DNA from: an uncultured Verrucomicrobiae bacterium | GTDB lineage: Bacteria; Verrucomicrobiota; Verrucomicrobiia; Chthoniobacterales; UBA10450 | DNA: 64,000 bases | Reading direction: 5' to 3' | Assembly: GCA_963772365.1 (NCBI GenBank) | Contig: CAVYXA010000003.1 | Coordinates: forward strand, 256,001 to 320,000 | Shown: positions 18,271 to 27,900 of the stretch, piece after piece | How positions within the stretch are numbered: the first letter of the stretch is position 1 | How the letters are laid out: the number at the start of each line of letters is the position of its first letter | Program-made: the position numbers and the translations under genes | The notes under the pieces: model-generated | Told to the model about the DNA's origin: nothing | The model's input: the letters and a program-made list of their open reading frames with translations, nothing else | Databases searched by the model: none

Positions 18271-18893
18271 CGCGTTCTGTAGCGCGGCGGCTGTTCGTTG
18301 GTATGAAATCCGATTCGTTTCCTGGGCGGTTCTGGGTCGGGTGGCGGATTCAGGATCTGCATCACCTCGCGCAAGATTTGCACGATCGCGGCCTCGTGGA
18401 CGTCCAAACGAGCAGTGAGCTTTTTCTCAAGAGCAGCGAGTTTCCGCGCAAGCTTGGGCGTGCCACGAAGTGCGTCGCGCATTTTGACGAATGCGCGGAT
18501 GACAAACACGCTCATCTGGACGGCACGTGGGCTGCGAAGAATATTCGCTGCCTGCAATGCCCCGTGTTCAGTGAAGGCGTACGGCAGATAGGCGGCACCT
18601 CTGTGCTTGCCTGAACTCATCGCAATTTGCGATGAGTTCTCCGGCTTTGACATAGCACTTCGCGATTTCAAAAAGTCGAACTCCTCGCGCGTGAGTTGAA
18701 ACATGAAGTCTGGTGGGAAACGGCGCCGATTGCGTTTGATCGCTTCGTTGAAGCGGAATGTTGGAACACCATAGATTCTTGCCAGGTCGCGATCCAGCAG
18801 CACCCGCACGTCGCGAACCGTACGAATCATTCCATCGATCTCCTCGATCGGGATCGGTGATTTTGATTTTCTCGGCTTGATGACGTTCTTCAT
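18245..18893 (-). CDS. ORF6N (KilA-N-like) DNA-binding domain protein
   Basis: VLLDRDLARIYGV, IKRNRRRFPPDFMFQLT, PYAFTEHGA, RIGF. ATG overlaps the gnd stop (ATGA). Removing the extra base at 18248-18249 creates a stop at 18245; as sequenced the frame runs to 18057. Confidence 0.88.
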
Positions 18894-20374
18894 TCGCCTG
18901 CATGATGCGGTTCGTCCGTTTTCGGTTCGGTCGATTTCTCGGCTGGTTTCTGATCCGATTCGATCCATTCGGTGTGAAAGACGCCGGGTTTATCCACGCG
19001 CTCGTAAGTATGTGCACCGAAGAAATCGCGCTGCGCTTGCAACAAATTCGAAGGCAATCGCGCGGAGCGATAACTATCGAAGTACGCGAGCGAGGCCGAA
19101 AATGCGGGCGTGGCGACGCCGTGGTCGATTGCGATAGAAACGGCCACGCGCCAATTCTCCTGTGTGTTCTTAATGATATCGGTGAAGTAAGGATCGAGGA
19201 GCAAGTTGTGGAGCGACGAATCGCGTTTGTAAGCATCGACAATCCGGTTCAAGAATTTCGCTCGGATGATGCAGCCGCCGCGCCAGATCGTAGCGATATC
19301 GCCGAAGTTGAGGTTCCAGTTGTATTGATGACTGGCGGCGCCAAGCAATTCCATTCCCTGGGCATAAGAAACTATTTTGGATGCGTAAAGCGCATTGCGT
19401 ACGGCTTCGACGAGCTTCTTGCGGTCCCCCGTGAATTTATTCGGTTTCGGCTGCGGCAGGATCTTTGAAGCGGCGACGCGTTCATCTTTGCGCGACGAGA
19501 TTACGCGCGCTTCTACTGCGGCATTAATTGTTGAGATGGCAACAGATTGCGCAATGGCGGACTGCAACGTCCAGATGCCGGTTCCTTTCTGTCCGGCTTT
19601 GTCGAGAATCACATCGACGAGCGGTTTACCGGTCTCGGGGTCTTTCTTTCGAAAAATTTGCGACGTGATTTCAATGAGATAACTGTCGAGCTCGCCTTTG
19701 TTCCATTCGGTAAAAGTATCGGCCAAGGCTTTGTTATCCATGCCGACGACGTCTTTAAGGATGGCGTAGGCTTCGCAAATTAACTGCATGTCGCCGTACT
19801 CGATGCCGTTGTGGACCATTTTGACGTAATGGCCGGCGCCATCGGGACCCATGTAACGGCAACATGGCTCACCGTCGACCTGCGCTGCGATCTTGCGATA
19901 AATCGGCGCGATAATTTCCCAAGATGCGCGCGAACCTCCGGGCATGAGAGAGGGACCTTTCAGTGCGCCTTCTTCTCCGCCGGAAACGCCCATCCCAACG
20001 TAATGAATTCCTTTCCCTTCCATTTCCTTGCAGCGGCGTTGGGTGTCGGTGAAAAGAGAATTGCCGCCGTCGATGATGACGTCGCCTTTTTCCATGAGCG
20101 GCGCGATCTCACCGATCACCTGATCGACTGGCTTCCCGGCCTTGATCATTAGCTGCGCTTTGCGCGGCTTTTTGAGAGCGCCGATGAATTCCTGGATCGT
20201 TTTAGTTGGCTGAATGTTTTTTCCTTTGGCTCGAGTAGCGGCGAATTTATCGGTCACTTCGGTCGTCCGATTGAACACGGCGACGGAGAAGCCCTTCGAT
20301 TCTATGTTGAGCACGAGGTTCTCGCCCATGACAGCCAGGCCGATCAGGCCAATATCGCATTGATTCGCGGGCAT
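18890..20374 (-). CDS. gnd: 6-phosphogluconate dehydrogenase, NADP-dependent, decarboxylating
   Basis: GLAVMGENL, VSGGEEGA, KMVHNGIEYGDMQ, WRGGCIIRA, QAQRDFFGAHTYER. Confidence 0.98.
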   Translation of the reverse strand: MPANQCDIGLIGLAVMGENLVLNIESKGFSVAVFNRTTEVTDKFAATRAKGKNIQPTKTIQEFIGALKKPRKAQLMIKAGKPVDQVIGEIAPLMEKGDVIIDGGNSLFTDTQRRCKEMEGKGIHYVGMGVSGGEEGALKGPSLMPGGSRASWEIIAPIYRKIAAQVDGEPCCRYMGPDGAGHYVKMVHNGIEYGDMQLICEAYAILKDVVGMDNKALADTFTEWNKGELDSYLIEITSQIFRKKDPETGKPLVDVILDKAGQKGTGIWTLQSAIAQSVAISTINAAVEARVISSRKDERVAASKILPQPKPNKFTGDRKKLVEAVRNALYASKIVSYAQGMELLGAASHQYNWNLNFGDIATIWRGGCIIRAKFLNRIVDAYKRDSSLHNLLLDPYFTDIIKNTQENWRVAVSIAIDHGVATPAFSASLAYFDSYRSARLPSNLLQAQRDFFGAHTYERVDKPGVFHTEWIESDQKPAEKSTEPKTDEPHHAGE

Positions 20375-20438
20375 TTTGGGTCTCCTTTGTTGACGCGGCG
20401 CAATTGCCGCAACTCACTGTAACGACCGATAAGAAGCG

Positions 20439-20885
20439 ATGGCAAACCGTGTTTGTGAAGTTTTACTGACGGAAGCGAAATTGGGAGCGACGGCAGGCGC
20501 AGTCACGTTGACTACGGATGTCGATCTCGAGTCAGGTGCGATTGTCGAGTTTTGTGGTGTCGTGCGCGAATCAGAGGATGGGCAGCAGATCGAAGGCATC
20601 CATTATGAAGCGCACGGGAAGATGGCCGAACATCAGTTGCAAATCGTAGGGCGGGAAGCGGCGGCAAAATTTGAATTGCACAGAGCAGTCATTCATCACC
20701 GCATTGGTTTTGTTCCCGCGGGAGAATCTTCGCTCTTTCTGCACGTGCGCGCGTCGCATCGCGCAGCGGCGTTCGATGCGAGCAAATGGATCGTCGATGA
20801 ATTAAAGAAAAAGGTGCCGATCTGGAAACGATCGCGATTTAAGGATCGACCCGCCTTCGTCGAGGCTACGGCGTGGCAAACATAG
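20439..20885 (+). CDS. moaE: Molybdopterin synthase catalytic subunit
   Basis: GAIVEFCGVVR, YEAH, HHRIG, HRAAAF, LKKKVPIWK. Confidence 0.92.
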   Translation: MANRVCEVLLTEAKLGATAGAVTLTTDVDLESGAIVEFCGVVRESEDGQQIEGIHYEAHGKMAEHQLQIVGREAAAKFELHRAVIHHRIGFVPAGESSLFLHVRASHRAAAFDASKWIVDELKKKVPIWKRSRFKDRPAFVEATAWQT

Positions 20886-20909
20886 CGAAAATCCAACCGT
20901 GATTACCGG

Positions 20910-21488
20910 ATGAATTGGGCAAATCGATTAACATTAAGTCGGCTGGCGTTGACCGTTCTTTTCGTGATCGCGCTCAATTCTTCCTGGCAGTATGCGCGCA
21001 CAACAGCGCTGGTTCTTTTTCTGGTGGCTGGTTTGACTGACTTTGTCGATGGCGAGATCGCCCGACGCTACGGATACATCACAAACTTTGGACAATTGAT
21101 GGATCCGCTCGTGGACAAGATCATGATCGCCGCCGCATTCATTTCACTGGTCCCGCTGAAAGCGATCCCGGCGTGGGCGGCGACAACTGTGGTGGCGCGA
21201 GATTTTTTGATCACTGGCCTTCGGTTAATGGCAAGCGCTCAAGGGCGCATTCTTCCTGCCGAACAGCTCGGGAAACAGAAGACGTCGTGGCAAATCATCA
21301 CGGTCATCTTTTTCCTCGGGCTTTTTGCCGCCAGCGAATTGCGTTTTGCCGACGAAAGATCGACATGGTGGCTGCGCGCGTGGAACCAAGCCGGTCCAAT
21401 TCTGGTCTGGATCACGGTCGCACTAACGGTTTACTCCGGACTAGGCTATGCCTGGAGGCACCGTGAACTAATTGCCTCGGACCGATAG
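20910..21488 (+). CDS. pgsA: CDP-diacylglycerol--glycerol-3-phosphate 3-phosphatidyltransferase
   Basis: TDFVDGEIARR...FGQLMDPLVDK CDP-alcohol phosphotransferase motif. Confidence 0.92.
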   Translation: MNWANRLTLSRLALTVLFVIALNSSWQYARTTALVLFLVAGLTDFVDGEIARRYGYITNFGQLMDPLVDKIMIAAAFISLVPLKAIPAWAATTVVARDFLITGLRLMASAQGRILPAEQLGKQKTSWQIITVIFFLGLFAASELRFADERSTWWLRAWNQAGPILVWITVALTVYSGLGYAWRHRELIASDR

Positions 21489-21498
21489 AAGCAGCCTC

Positions 21499-22050
21499 CT
21501 AGAAAAGGCTTTGAGGGACCTCGACTTTATCGCCGGGCTGAAGAGCAACATCTTTTGACGGATCGCGACGAAATTTCCGCACATCGTAAATATGAGCTTT
21601 GCTACCTCGCAGGAGGCGAACATGTTTTTGGTCGGCGAAGTCATTGAAGCCACCTGCGGCATTGATGGCGGTGAGCAGGGTCATGTCTTCCGTAAACGGA
21701 ACGCGCATCGGATTACGGACTGCGCCGCCGATATTCACGAAGCGCGCCCCCGGCTGCATGAGGATCGTGATCGTGGGGTGTGTATAGATCTTATTTCCGC
21801 GATATGCTTCCTGGATCTCCGCAGAAAGCTGGGCCGGAGTTCGCCCTGCGGCTTTGACTTTATTGATGTAAGGCAGATTGATTGAACCGCTAGCATCGAC
21901 AATATAAATGTTATTGATCTGCGATTGCTCGTTCGCCGGGACGCCACTGATGGTGACGTTAATCGGGTCGCCCACTCGAAGCAGGGCTTGGGCAGACGCA
22001 GCCGATGCCAATCCAAAGAGAAGTAGTGCTGTGGCGGTAAGAATTCTCAT
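21499..22050 (-). CDS. Polysaccharide export protein (Poly_export + SLBB; Wza-like)
   Basis: Signal peptide, VDASGSINLPYI, GAVRNP, AINAAGG, LQPGDKVEVP. Confidence 0.88.
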   Translation of the reverse strand: MRILTATALLLFGLASAASAQALLRVGDPINVTISGVPANEQSQINNIYIVDASGSINLPYINKVKAAGRTPAQLSAEIQEAYRGNKIYTHPTITILMQPGARFVNIGGAVRNPMRVPFTEDMTLLTAINAAGGFNDFADQKHVRLLRGSKAHIYDVRKFRRDPSKDVALQPGDKVEVPQSLF

Positions 22051-24203
22051 CAGTATTGTTCCGGCTCGGACGAAGAACCGTTAGTGGAAACGGCGGGAGT
22101 TTTGCGGCGCCAACGGCGGGCGCTTTTGGATCCTTTTTCACCAGTCGGGTAATATCCGTAGTAGCTGGTGTAGTAATAGTAATTTTGATCGTGCTTAAGA
22201 TCGACATTGTTGAGCACCACGCCCAAAACGCTTCCTCCGACACCGAGAATCGCCTGTTTAACCCGGACGAGCATCGAGCGCGGAAAACGTCGATGCTGAA
22301 CGACTATGACAGTTTGATCGACTTCGCTGGCCAAAACTGAAGCATCGCTCACACCAAGAACGGGCGGCGAATCGACCAAAACCCAATCATAACGCGCCTT
22401 CATTTTGGCGATCAAGTCAGCCATCCGTTGAGAATTTAATACTCCCACGGCATCCGCGGGCAGAGTCCCACTGGGTAAGAGCGAGAGATTATCGACCTTA
22501 GTGGGAACGATGACGTCATCAATCGGCACATCCGTCGTGAGATAAGTTGTCAGGCCGCGCGAATTATCCAGTTCGAATAGCTCGTGCTGTCTGGGGCGGC
22601 GCAGGTCGGCATCGATTATCAATACGGAATAGCCGCCCTGAGCGGAAACAAATGCCAGATTTGCGATTGTGGTTGATTTGCCTTCGCCAAGCCCTCCGCT
22701 GATCATCGCGATACTGTTTCCGTCCGGATTTCGGCGATTGAATTCGATGTTCGTTCGCAAAATTCTGTAAGCTTCCGCGTCCGGCGAATCGCCCGGCTCC
22801 TTGTGGAGCAGGCGGATATTTCTCGGAATGATGGCCAGGACCGGAACTCCGAGAAGCTTTTCTACGTCCTCCATCGTCTTCACACTCATGTCCAGATACT
22901 CGATGAAGAAGGCCAGACCGAGACCAAGCACAAGACCGACCAATGCTCCCAGCGCCAAGTTTAATCCGACTCGCGGCAAGGCCGGCTTATCCGGAGCTTC
23001 GGCGGGCTCCTTTACACTGATGGCGACTTTGGGCATCGCCAGCTCCATGGTTTGGGTTTGTGACCGCATCCGTACGCTGTCGAGCAGGAGTTTTTCTTTG
23101 ATGTAGTTGCTCTTGGCCCGCGCATAACTGGCGTTAAGGGTTTTGGACGTGAGTTGCTTTTGATTGAGCGCGTCCAGTTGTTTCTTGAACTCGTCTCGCG
23201 TGGTTTCCGCGGCCTTTAAGTTCTTCTCCAGGGCACTGCGAACAATCGCAACCTGCTCTTTTAATTGGCGCTGATAGACGTCTTTAGTGGCTCGAAGGGC
23301 TTTCACCGAGGGATGATTCTCGCCGAGGCCAGAATTCAACATTTGTGCTTCAACAGCAATGGTATCCTGATAGGCCGGAAGAATTTTGAGAATGGTCGGG
23401 TCGTCGATATGCAACGTGGGAAGCATTCTCATGAGCTCGTCACCCTTGAGGTTCTCGACCTCCTTTAGTTGCGTTTGGAGAGCGGCCACTCTCGTCTCGG
23501 CATCGTTGACTTCGCTCTCCTGCTTCATGACGACACTATTGAGAGGCGTGATGGTATCTTCCTGTCCTTCCGGGTTAAGATCGACAATGTGTTCCTTGTC
23601 CCGGATGCGCGCGACTTCGGCCGACGCTTCGTCGACTTTCTTCTGCTGCTTGGTAACCTCTTCGTTCATGGTCGAAACCGCGCGATTCATGATCTGTTTC
23701 TCTTCCTCGACGCGCTTGTCCTGGTAAACCGACACGATTTTGTTTGCGATAGCGGCGGCTTCCTTCGGGTCCCGATCGTACACGCTGATCTGAAGGAGGT
23801 CGGTATTACGGATTTCCTCGACCTGAATCTGTTTTCGCAGCAATTCGAAACATTGCTCCCGAGTCAGTCTGCCACCTTCCTTGCTCCATTTCTCCTGCAA
23901 CTTCAGGTCATCGACCACTGGATACAGAATGCTGGTGCGTTTGACGACTTGGAAAACCGTCGGCGCGAGTTGGGGATCATGGATTGGGATGTTGGGATCG
24001 CCCGGGCCAAAAATGCGAGGATTCGCGGCCATCGATCTTACCTCGATAAACACGGAGGATTGATAGACGCGCGGCTGAAAATACGTGACGACGGCTGCCG
24101 TTATCAGGACCAACAAGAAGACGAACAAGATAAGGACCCAACGGACCTGAATTACACGCCAGTAATCGAGAAAATGCAGTCTGACTTCGTCGGTGTGCGC
24201 CAT
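22050..24203 (-). CDS. wzc: Polysaccharide co-polymerase / BY-kinase
   Basis: Two TM helices, coiled coil, AEAYRILRTN, GEGKSTT, IIDADLRRP, VDSPP, C-terminal Tyr cluster. Confidence 0.92.
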   Translation of the reverse strand: MAHTDEVRLHFLDYWRVIQVRWVLILFVFLLVLITAAVVTYFQPRVYQSSVFIEVRSMAANPRIFGPGDPNIPIHDPQLAPTVFQVVKRTSILYPVVDDLKLQEKWSKEGGRLTREQCFELLRKQIQVEEIRNTDLLQISVYDRDPKEAAAIANKIVSVYQDKRVEEEKQIMNRAVSTMNEEVTKQQKKVDEASAEVARIRDKEHIVDLNPEGQEDTITPLNSVVMKQESEVNDAETRVAALQTQLKEVENLKGDELMRMLPTLHIDDPTILKILPAYQDTIAVEAQMLNSGLGENHPSVKALRATKDVYQRQLKEQVAIVRSALEKNLKAAETTRDEFKKQLDALNQKQLTSKTLNASYARAKSNYIKEKLLLDSVRMRSQTQTMELAMPKVAISVKEPAEAPDKPALPRVGLNLALGALVGLVLGLGLAFFIEYLDMSVKTMEDVEKLLGVPVLAIIPRNIRLLHKEPGDSPDAEAYRILRTNIEFNRRNPDGNSIAMISGGLGEGKSTTIANLAFVSAQGGYSVLIIDADLRRPRQHELFELDNSRGLTTYLTTDVPIDDVIVPTKVDNLSLLPSGTLPADAVGVLNSQRMADLIAKMKARYDWVLVDSPPVLGVSDASVLASEVDQTVIVVQHRRFPRSMLVRVKQAILGVGGSVLGVVLNNVDLKHDQNYYYYTSYYGYYPTGEKGSKSARRWRRKTPAVSTNGSSSEPEQY

Positions 24204-24278
24204 AAGGGAACCCTTGGAAAAGGGAGAGATACTAGCAAAAGAGACGCCAAAAGTAAAATCCCAAAGCAGGGCCGCCTC

Positions 24279-25865
24279 TCAAAAGCTGTAGGTCAGACCG
24301 CCATGAACCCGATTTCGGGAATAATCGCGATCGAAGACTCGTTGGTTGGGAGGGAAAGGATTGATGAAGGAATGGTCTGAGTCGACCGTCGTATGGGTGT
24401 AGCCAATTTCGATGCTGCAATGGTAGGACAGGCTGTAGGAGACTTGGCCGACGAAATCCACGGAGTCTTCAGAAAAACCGGCTGCACCCGGAATGATAAC
24501 CGGGCCGAAGAACCCGACCAAAAGGCGATCCGGGTCGCTATGGTAATCGCTGTGGGTGTAATAAACCGCTGCACTCCCGCTGATCTTTGGAGTGAATGCA
24601 TGGCTCGCCTGAAGACCGGTGTGAAAGGCTGTTCTGACTGGATTAGTTATCGTCTCCGGTTCTTCCAAGCCATAGTGATTGTTCCAACTGAGCGTCGTTC
24701 TTTTCCCGGCCGTGTAATTCAGGTTCGCTTCAAGATACGGTGCGTTTTCGACACGATGCGGAATCGAATCGGGATAATCGCGAAACTCTCCCCCGGCGCG
24801 GACGGACGTCGAAAGGCGCGAAGAAAATGTATGATCGAATCCGCCCAAAACGAAGTGGGACATGGAATCGCGATCAAGAAGTCGGTCGAAGAAACGAATG
24901 TGAAACGTCGGATCAAAGTATGGAGTTCGCTGGAGCACATCTCCTTCATGAGCATACGAAACGAACTCGATGCGGTACTCCGCCACCAATGCAGTCTCGG
25001 GCGTCATGATGAATCTGAATTCATCGCCGAGCGTGTTGTCGAAACGATCTTCAAACAGTCCGATCGAGCTGTCATCGTACGCCAGTGCGAAAAGGGTATA
25101 GCTCGTTACCGTCTGGAAACGCGGTGCCCAGAGATAGGCAGCATTAAAGCGATCCTGCGAATAGAAGAAATTTCCGTTTCGGAAGACGTTGCCGATCCTG
25201 TCGGCGAATTCTGGCTCCGTGACGTAGGCGTCTGAAACTTCCGCCGTCAGGGTCAGGCGCGGCGAAGCCCGATACACGATCGATAATCCTAGATTGATGT
25301 TGACGTCATAGTCCTGGCTGGCGGCAGATCCGGAGCTGGCCGGATGATCCCAGAAGTAAGTTCCGGACGCACCGGCTCGGAGCCGTAGTTGTAGCCGCGG
25401 ATCTCCCATGTCATAGGCGAGTTGAAGTGCAATGGTTGAGAAGACCGACGACTGTTTGCCCGCGCCGGTGCTTGTCGTCACATTGTCATCGTAGCCACTG
25501 AGCACGGAAGCGGAGAGATGAGCTGGCAGGGGAGCGAATTTCCCTGTACCGAAATCGCCACGACCGCCGTTATCATCCCCGCCCGTCGCAGCGGGTGGCG
25601 CGGTCGTAGTGGTTGATTCGGATGTGTCCGTTTGCGTTGCAAAAGCGTTTGCGCCTGGCGTGACCGATTCAGTCGCCGGTGAATTGCTGGCCGGTGGGTC
25701 GACCATGTCCTGGCCGCGCAGAGCAACAGGTTGAAAATAGAACCAAGAGATGACTGCGGCCAGAATCCCGAGCTTGAACAGATTAGTAAATCTCACACGT
25801 GAAATCGGTGGTTGGTCTCGGGAAACGCTAGTTTTGAACTCCAGCCGCAAGGATAGTTCCATCAA
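24279..25865 (-). CDS. Outer-membrane beta-barrel protein of the EPS export locus (start uncertain)
   Basis: Signal peptide, GYDDNV motif, amphipathic strands, C-terminal LTYSF; upstream of wzc. Confidence 0.75.
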   Translation of the reverse strand: MMELSLRLEFKTSVSRDQPPISRVRFTNLFKLGILAAVISWFYFQPVALRGQDMVDPPASNSPATESVTPGANAFATQTDTSESTTTTAPPAATGGDDNGGRGDFGTGKFAPLPAHLSASVLSGYDDNVTTSTGAGKQSSVFSTIALQLAYDMGDPRLQLRLRAGASGTYFWDHPASSGSAASQDYDVNINLGLSIVYRASPRLTLTAEVSDAYVTEPEFADRIGNVFRNGNFFYSQDRFNAAYLWAPRFQTVTSYTLFALAYDDSSIGLFEDRFDNTLGDEFRFIMTPETALVAEYRIEFVSYAHEGDVLQRTPYFDPTFHIRFFDRLLDRDSMSHFVLGGFDHTFSSRLSTSVRAGGEFRDYPDSIPHRVENAPYLEANLNYTAGKRTTLSWNNHYGLEEPETITNPVRTAFHTGLQASHAFTPKISGSAAVYYTHSDYHSDPDRLLVGFFGPVIIPGAAGFSEDSVDFVGQVSYSLSYHCSIEIGYTHTTVDSDHSFINPFPPNQRVFDRDYSRNRVHGGLTYSF

Positions 25866-25940
25866 AAATCCGAGGCAACAGTTTTCGTCGAGTCTCGATC
25901 CAAGCCGGCATCACCACTTCCGAAGATCGATGCAGTCTAA

Positions 25941-26063
25941 TTATTGTTGATTCTCGTCCCGCACTTCCGGCGGCGCCCTGAGCAAGCGCGCATAGGCCCA
26001 GATGACTGCGCCCCACACGAGAGCGAGTGAACACGACATGAAGAGCCAGCCCCAGCCATTCAT
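25941..26063 (-). CDS. 40-aa single-TM protein, MetS-like small subunit of the NSS transporter (absent from the ORF track)
   Basis: MNGWGWLFMSCSLALVWGAVIWAYARLLRAPPEVRDENQQ*; ATG overlaps the transporter stop (ATGA). Confidence 0.75.
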   Translation of the reverse strand: MNGWGWLFMSCSLALVWGAVIWAYARLLRAPPEVRDENQQ

Positions 26064-27688
26064 AAATTCGCGCTCGTTTTCCCTTCTGCAATTGTGGCAG
26101 GTTCACTCTGCGTGCCATCAAGATCCAACCCGGCTGCGCGCCAGCGACGTTCGCCGACTGCGACAACGACCATCAATAGCACGATCACCGCAATTATGAT
26201 GCCCAATGTCGTGAGCGCCACCGGGTCCTTGCTCGTATTGGCCAGGGCAGTCGCAAAACTCGAGCGGCCGGTGTCGGCTTGCGGCCAAAAGATGTAGCCT
26301 CCGAGCACGATCAGCAGGTATGCAGGAGCGATGAATTTCATCACGAACAAAAAGAAGCGCGGAATTCGCATCAGCGCACCTTGATCAAGTTCCCTCATCC
26401 CATTGCGCAAACCCCAGACCCAACCGAAACAGATGATCTGAACGGTAGCGAGGACGAAAATGCAAAACGTTCCTACCCAATCGTCCATGGTGCTGAGTGC
26501 TGCCATGTTTTTGCTGAACCAGATTACCCAGAGCGATCCTAGGCCGCAGATTCCGGACACAATCGCTATCGCGCGGCCGGACGAAATCCCGAGCGCCTCC
26601 TCGAAGAAAGCTTTGGCTGGTTGCAACATCGAGATCGAGCTGGTGATCGCGGCCAGAAATAAAAGGAAAAACCAGGCGAATCCGACCCAGCGGCCGATGA
26701 AACCCATTTGCTGAAACACGACCGGCAGGGTCTGGAAACCTAGGCTGAATGTGCCTTGGATTTGGATCGGCCCCAAAAATACGAACGCGGCTGTGAGCGT
26801 GATCAGACCGCCGAAACCGACTTCAAATAATTCGTTGGTCGCACTCGCGGTGAAGCCGGAAAGGGCAATGTCATCCTTCTTTTTCAAATACGAGGCATAA
26901 TTCAGAATGACCCCGAACCCCACTGAAAGGCTAAAGAAAATCTGCCCGGCAGCCGCGAGCCAGGTATCGAAATCCGCCAGCTTCGAGAAATTCGGGTTCC
27001 AAAACCAGCCGAGGCCGTTGACGACATTTCGATCGGGCAAAGTTGCATCCGGAGTGCCGAGTGTGAGAACACGCACGAGCACGATCACAGCAAGTACCGC
27101 CATTGCCGGCAGTGCAAACTGGCAGAACTTCTCAATTCCACCCCTCAAGCCGCGGTAAACCAGAATGATATTCAACGTCACGACAATCGCCCAAAAGAGA
27201 GCACTGATGTGAAGGAGGCCGTTGGTGCTCGTGCCGGTGGTGTCGCCGAAAAATTGTGACGCCGCAGCGACTTGATCGGAGATCGAACCAGTCAGGTTAA
27301 CGCTTCCGGTGAGATAAGCCCATGAGTATTCCAGGCACCACGCCTCGATATAAACGTAATACATGTAAACGACCATCGGGATCAGCACCGAAATAACGCC
27401 GAGATAACGCGCCACTTTTCCGCGCCCGATTACGCCGAGAATGGCCGGGCCATTGTGAAATCCTTTTTCGCCCCCGTAGCGAGCCATTGCCCATTCCGCC
27501 CAGCCAATTGGCAAAGCCAGAAGTAATAGCGCGCAAATGTACGGGATCATAAACGCGCCTCCGCCATGTTGATATGCCTGGCCCGGGAACCGCAGGAAAT
27601 TCCCGAGACCGACGGCCGACCCGGAGACGGCCAGGATCACTCCAACACGCGTTCCCCATTCCATCTTTTTCTTCTGCGGCCCGTTCAT
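26060..27688 (-). CDS. Sodium-dependent transporter, NSS/SNF (LeuT-like) family
   Basis: GSAVGLGNFLRFP, GGGAFMIPY, AAAGQIFFSLSVG, AAITSSISM. Confidence 0.95.
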   Translation of the reverse strand: MNGPQKKKMEWGTRVGVILAVSGSAVGLGNFLRFPGQAYQHGGGAFMIPYICALLLLALPIGWAEWAMARYGGEKGFHNGPAILGVIGRGKVARYLGVISVLIPMVVYMYYVYIEAWCLEYSWAYLTGSVNLTGSISDQVAAASQFFGDTTGTSTNGLLHISALFWAIVVTLNIILVYRGLRGGIEKFCQFALPAMAVLAVIVLVRVLTLGTPDATLPDRNVVNGLGWFWNPNFSKLADFDTWLAAAGQIFFSLSVGFGVILNYASYLKKKDDIALSGFTASATNELFEVGFGGLITLTAAFVFLGPIQIQGTFSLGFQTLPVVFQQMGFIGRWVGFAWFFLLFLAAITSSISMLQPAKAFFEEALGISSGRAIAIVSGICGLGSLWVIWFSKNMAALSTMDDWVGTFCIFVLATVQIICFGWVWGLRNGMRELDQGALMRIPRFFLFVMKFIAPAYLLIVLGGYIFWPQADTGRSSFATALANTSKDPVALTTLGIIIAVIVLLMVVVAVGERRWRAAGLDLDGTQSEPATIAEGKTSANL

Positions 27689-27900
27689 TGGCGTCCTCTT
27701 TAGCGGGATGAGTGAAGCTTGGCAACCAGATTCATGCCAAAAGCCTGCCCGGTGGTAATCAGAGCGCAGTTTGGCCCAGTCAGTGCTTCAAAGCATCCAT
27801 CAACCCTGTTGAGTCGATGGTCCCGACAGCTGACTCCCGCACTGCGGTATCGCCAAGTTATTCCGTGGCGCGGGCGCCGGCCATCTCCCAATTGGGTGAC

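Noticed and set aside
15191..18893. Integron cassette array
   Set aside because: No recurring attC-like GTTRRRY/RYYYAAC hairpins between the genes and no integron integrase
23469..25235. Long antisense ORFs (e.g. 23469-24380, 24393-25235; also 8898-9791, 60564-61373)
   Set aside because: Shadows of well-supported genes on the opposite strand in GC-rich DNA, with no recognisable motifs
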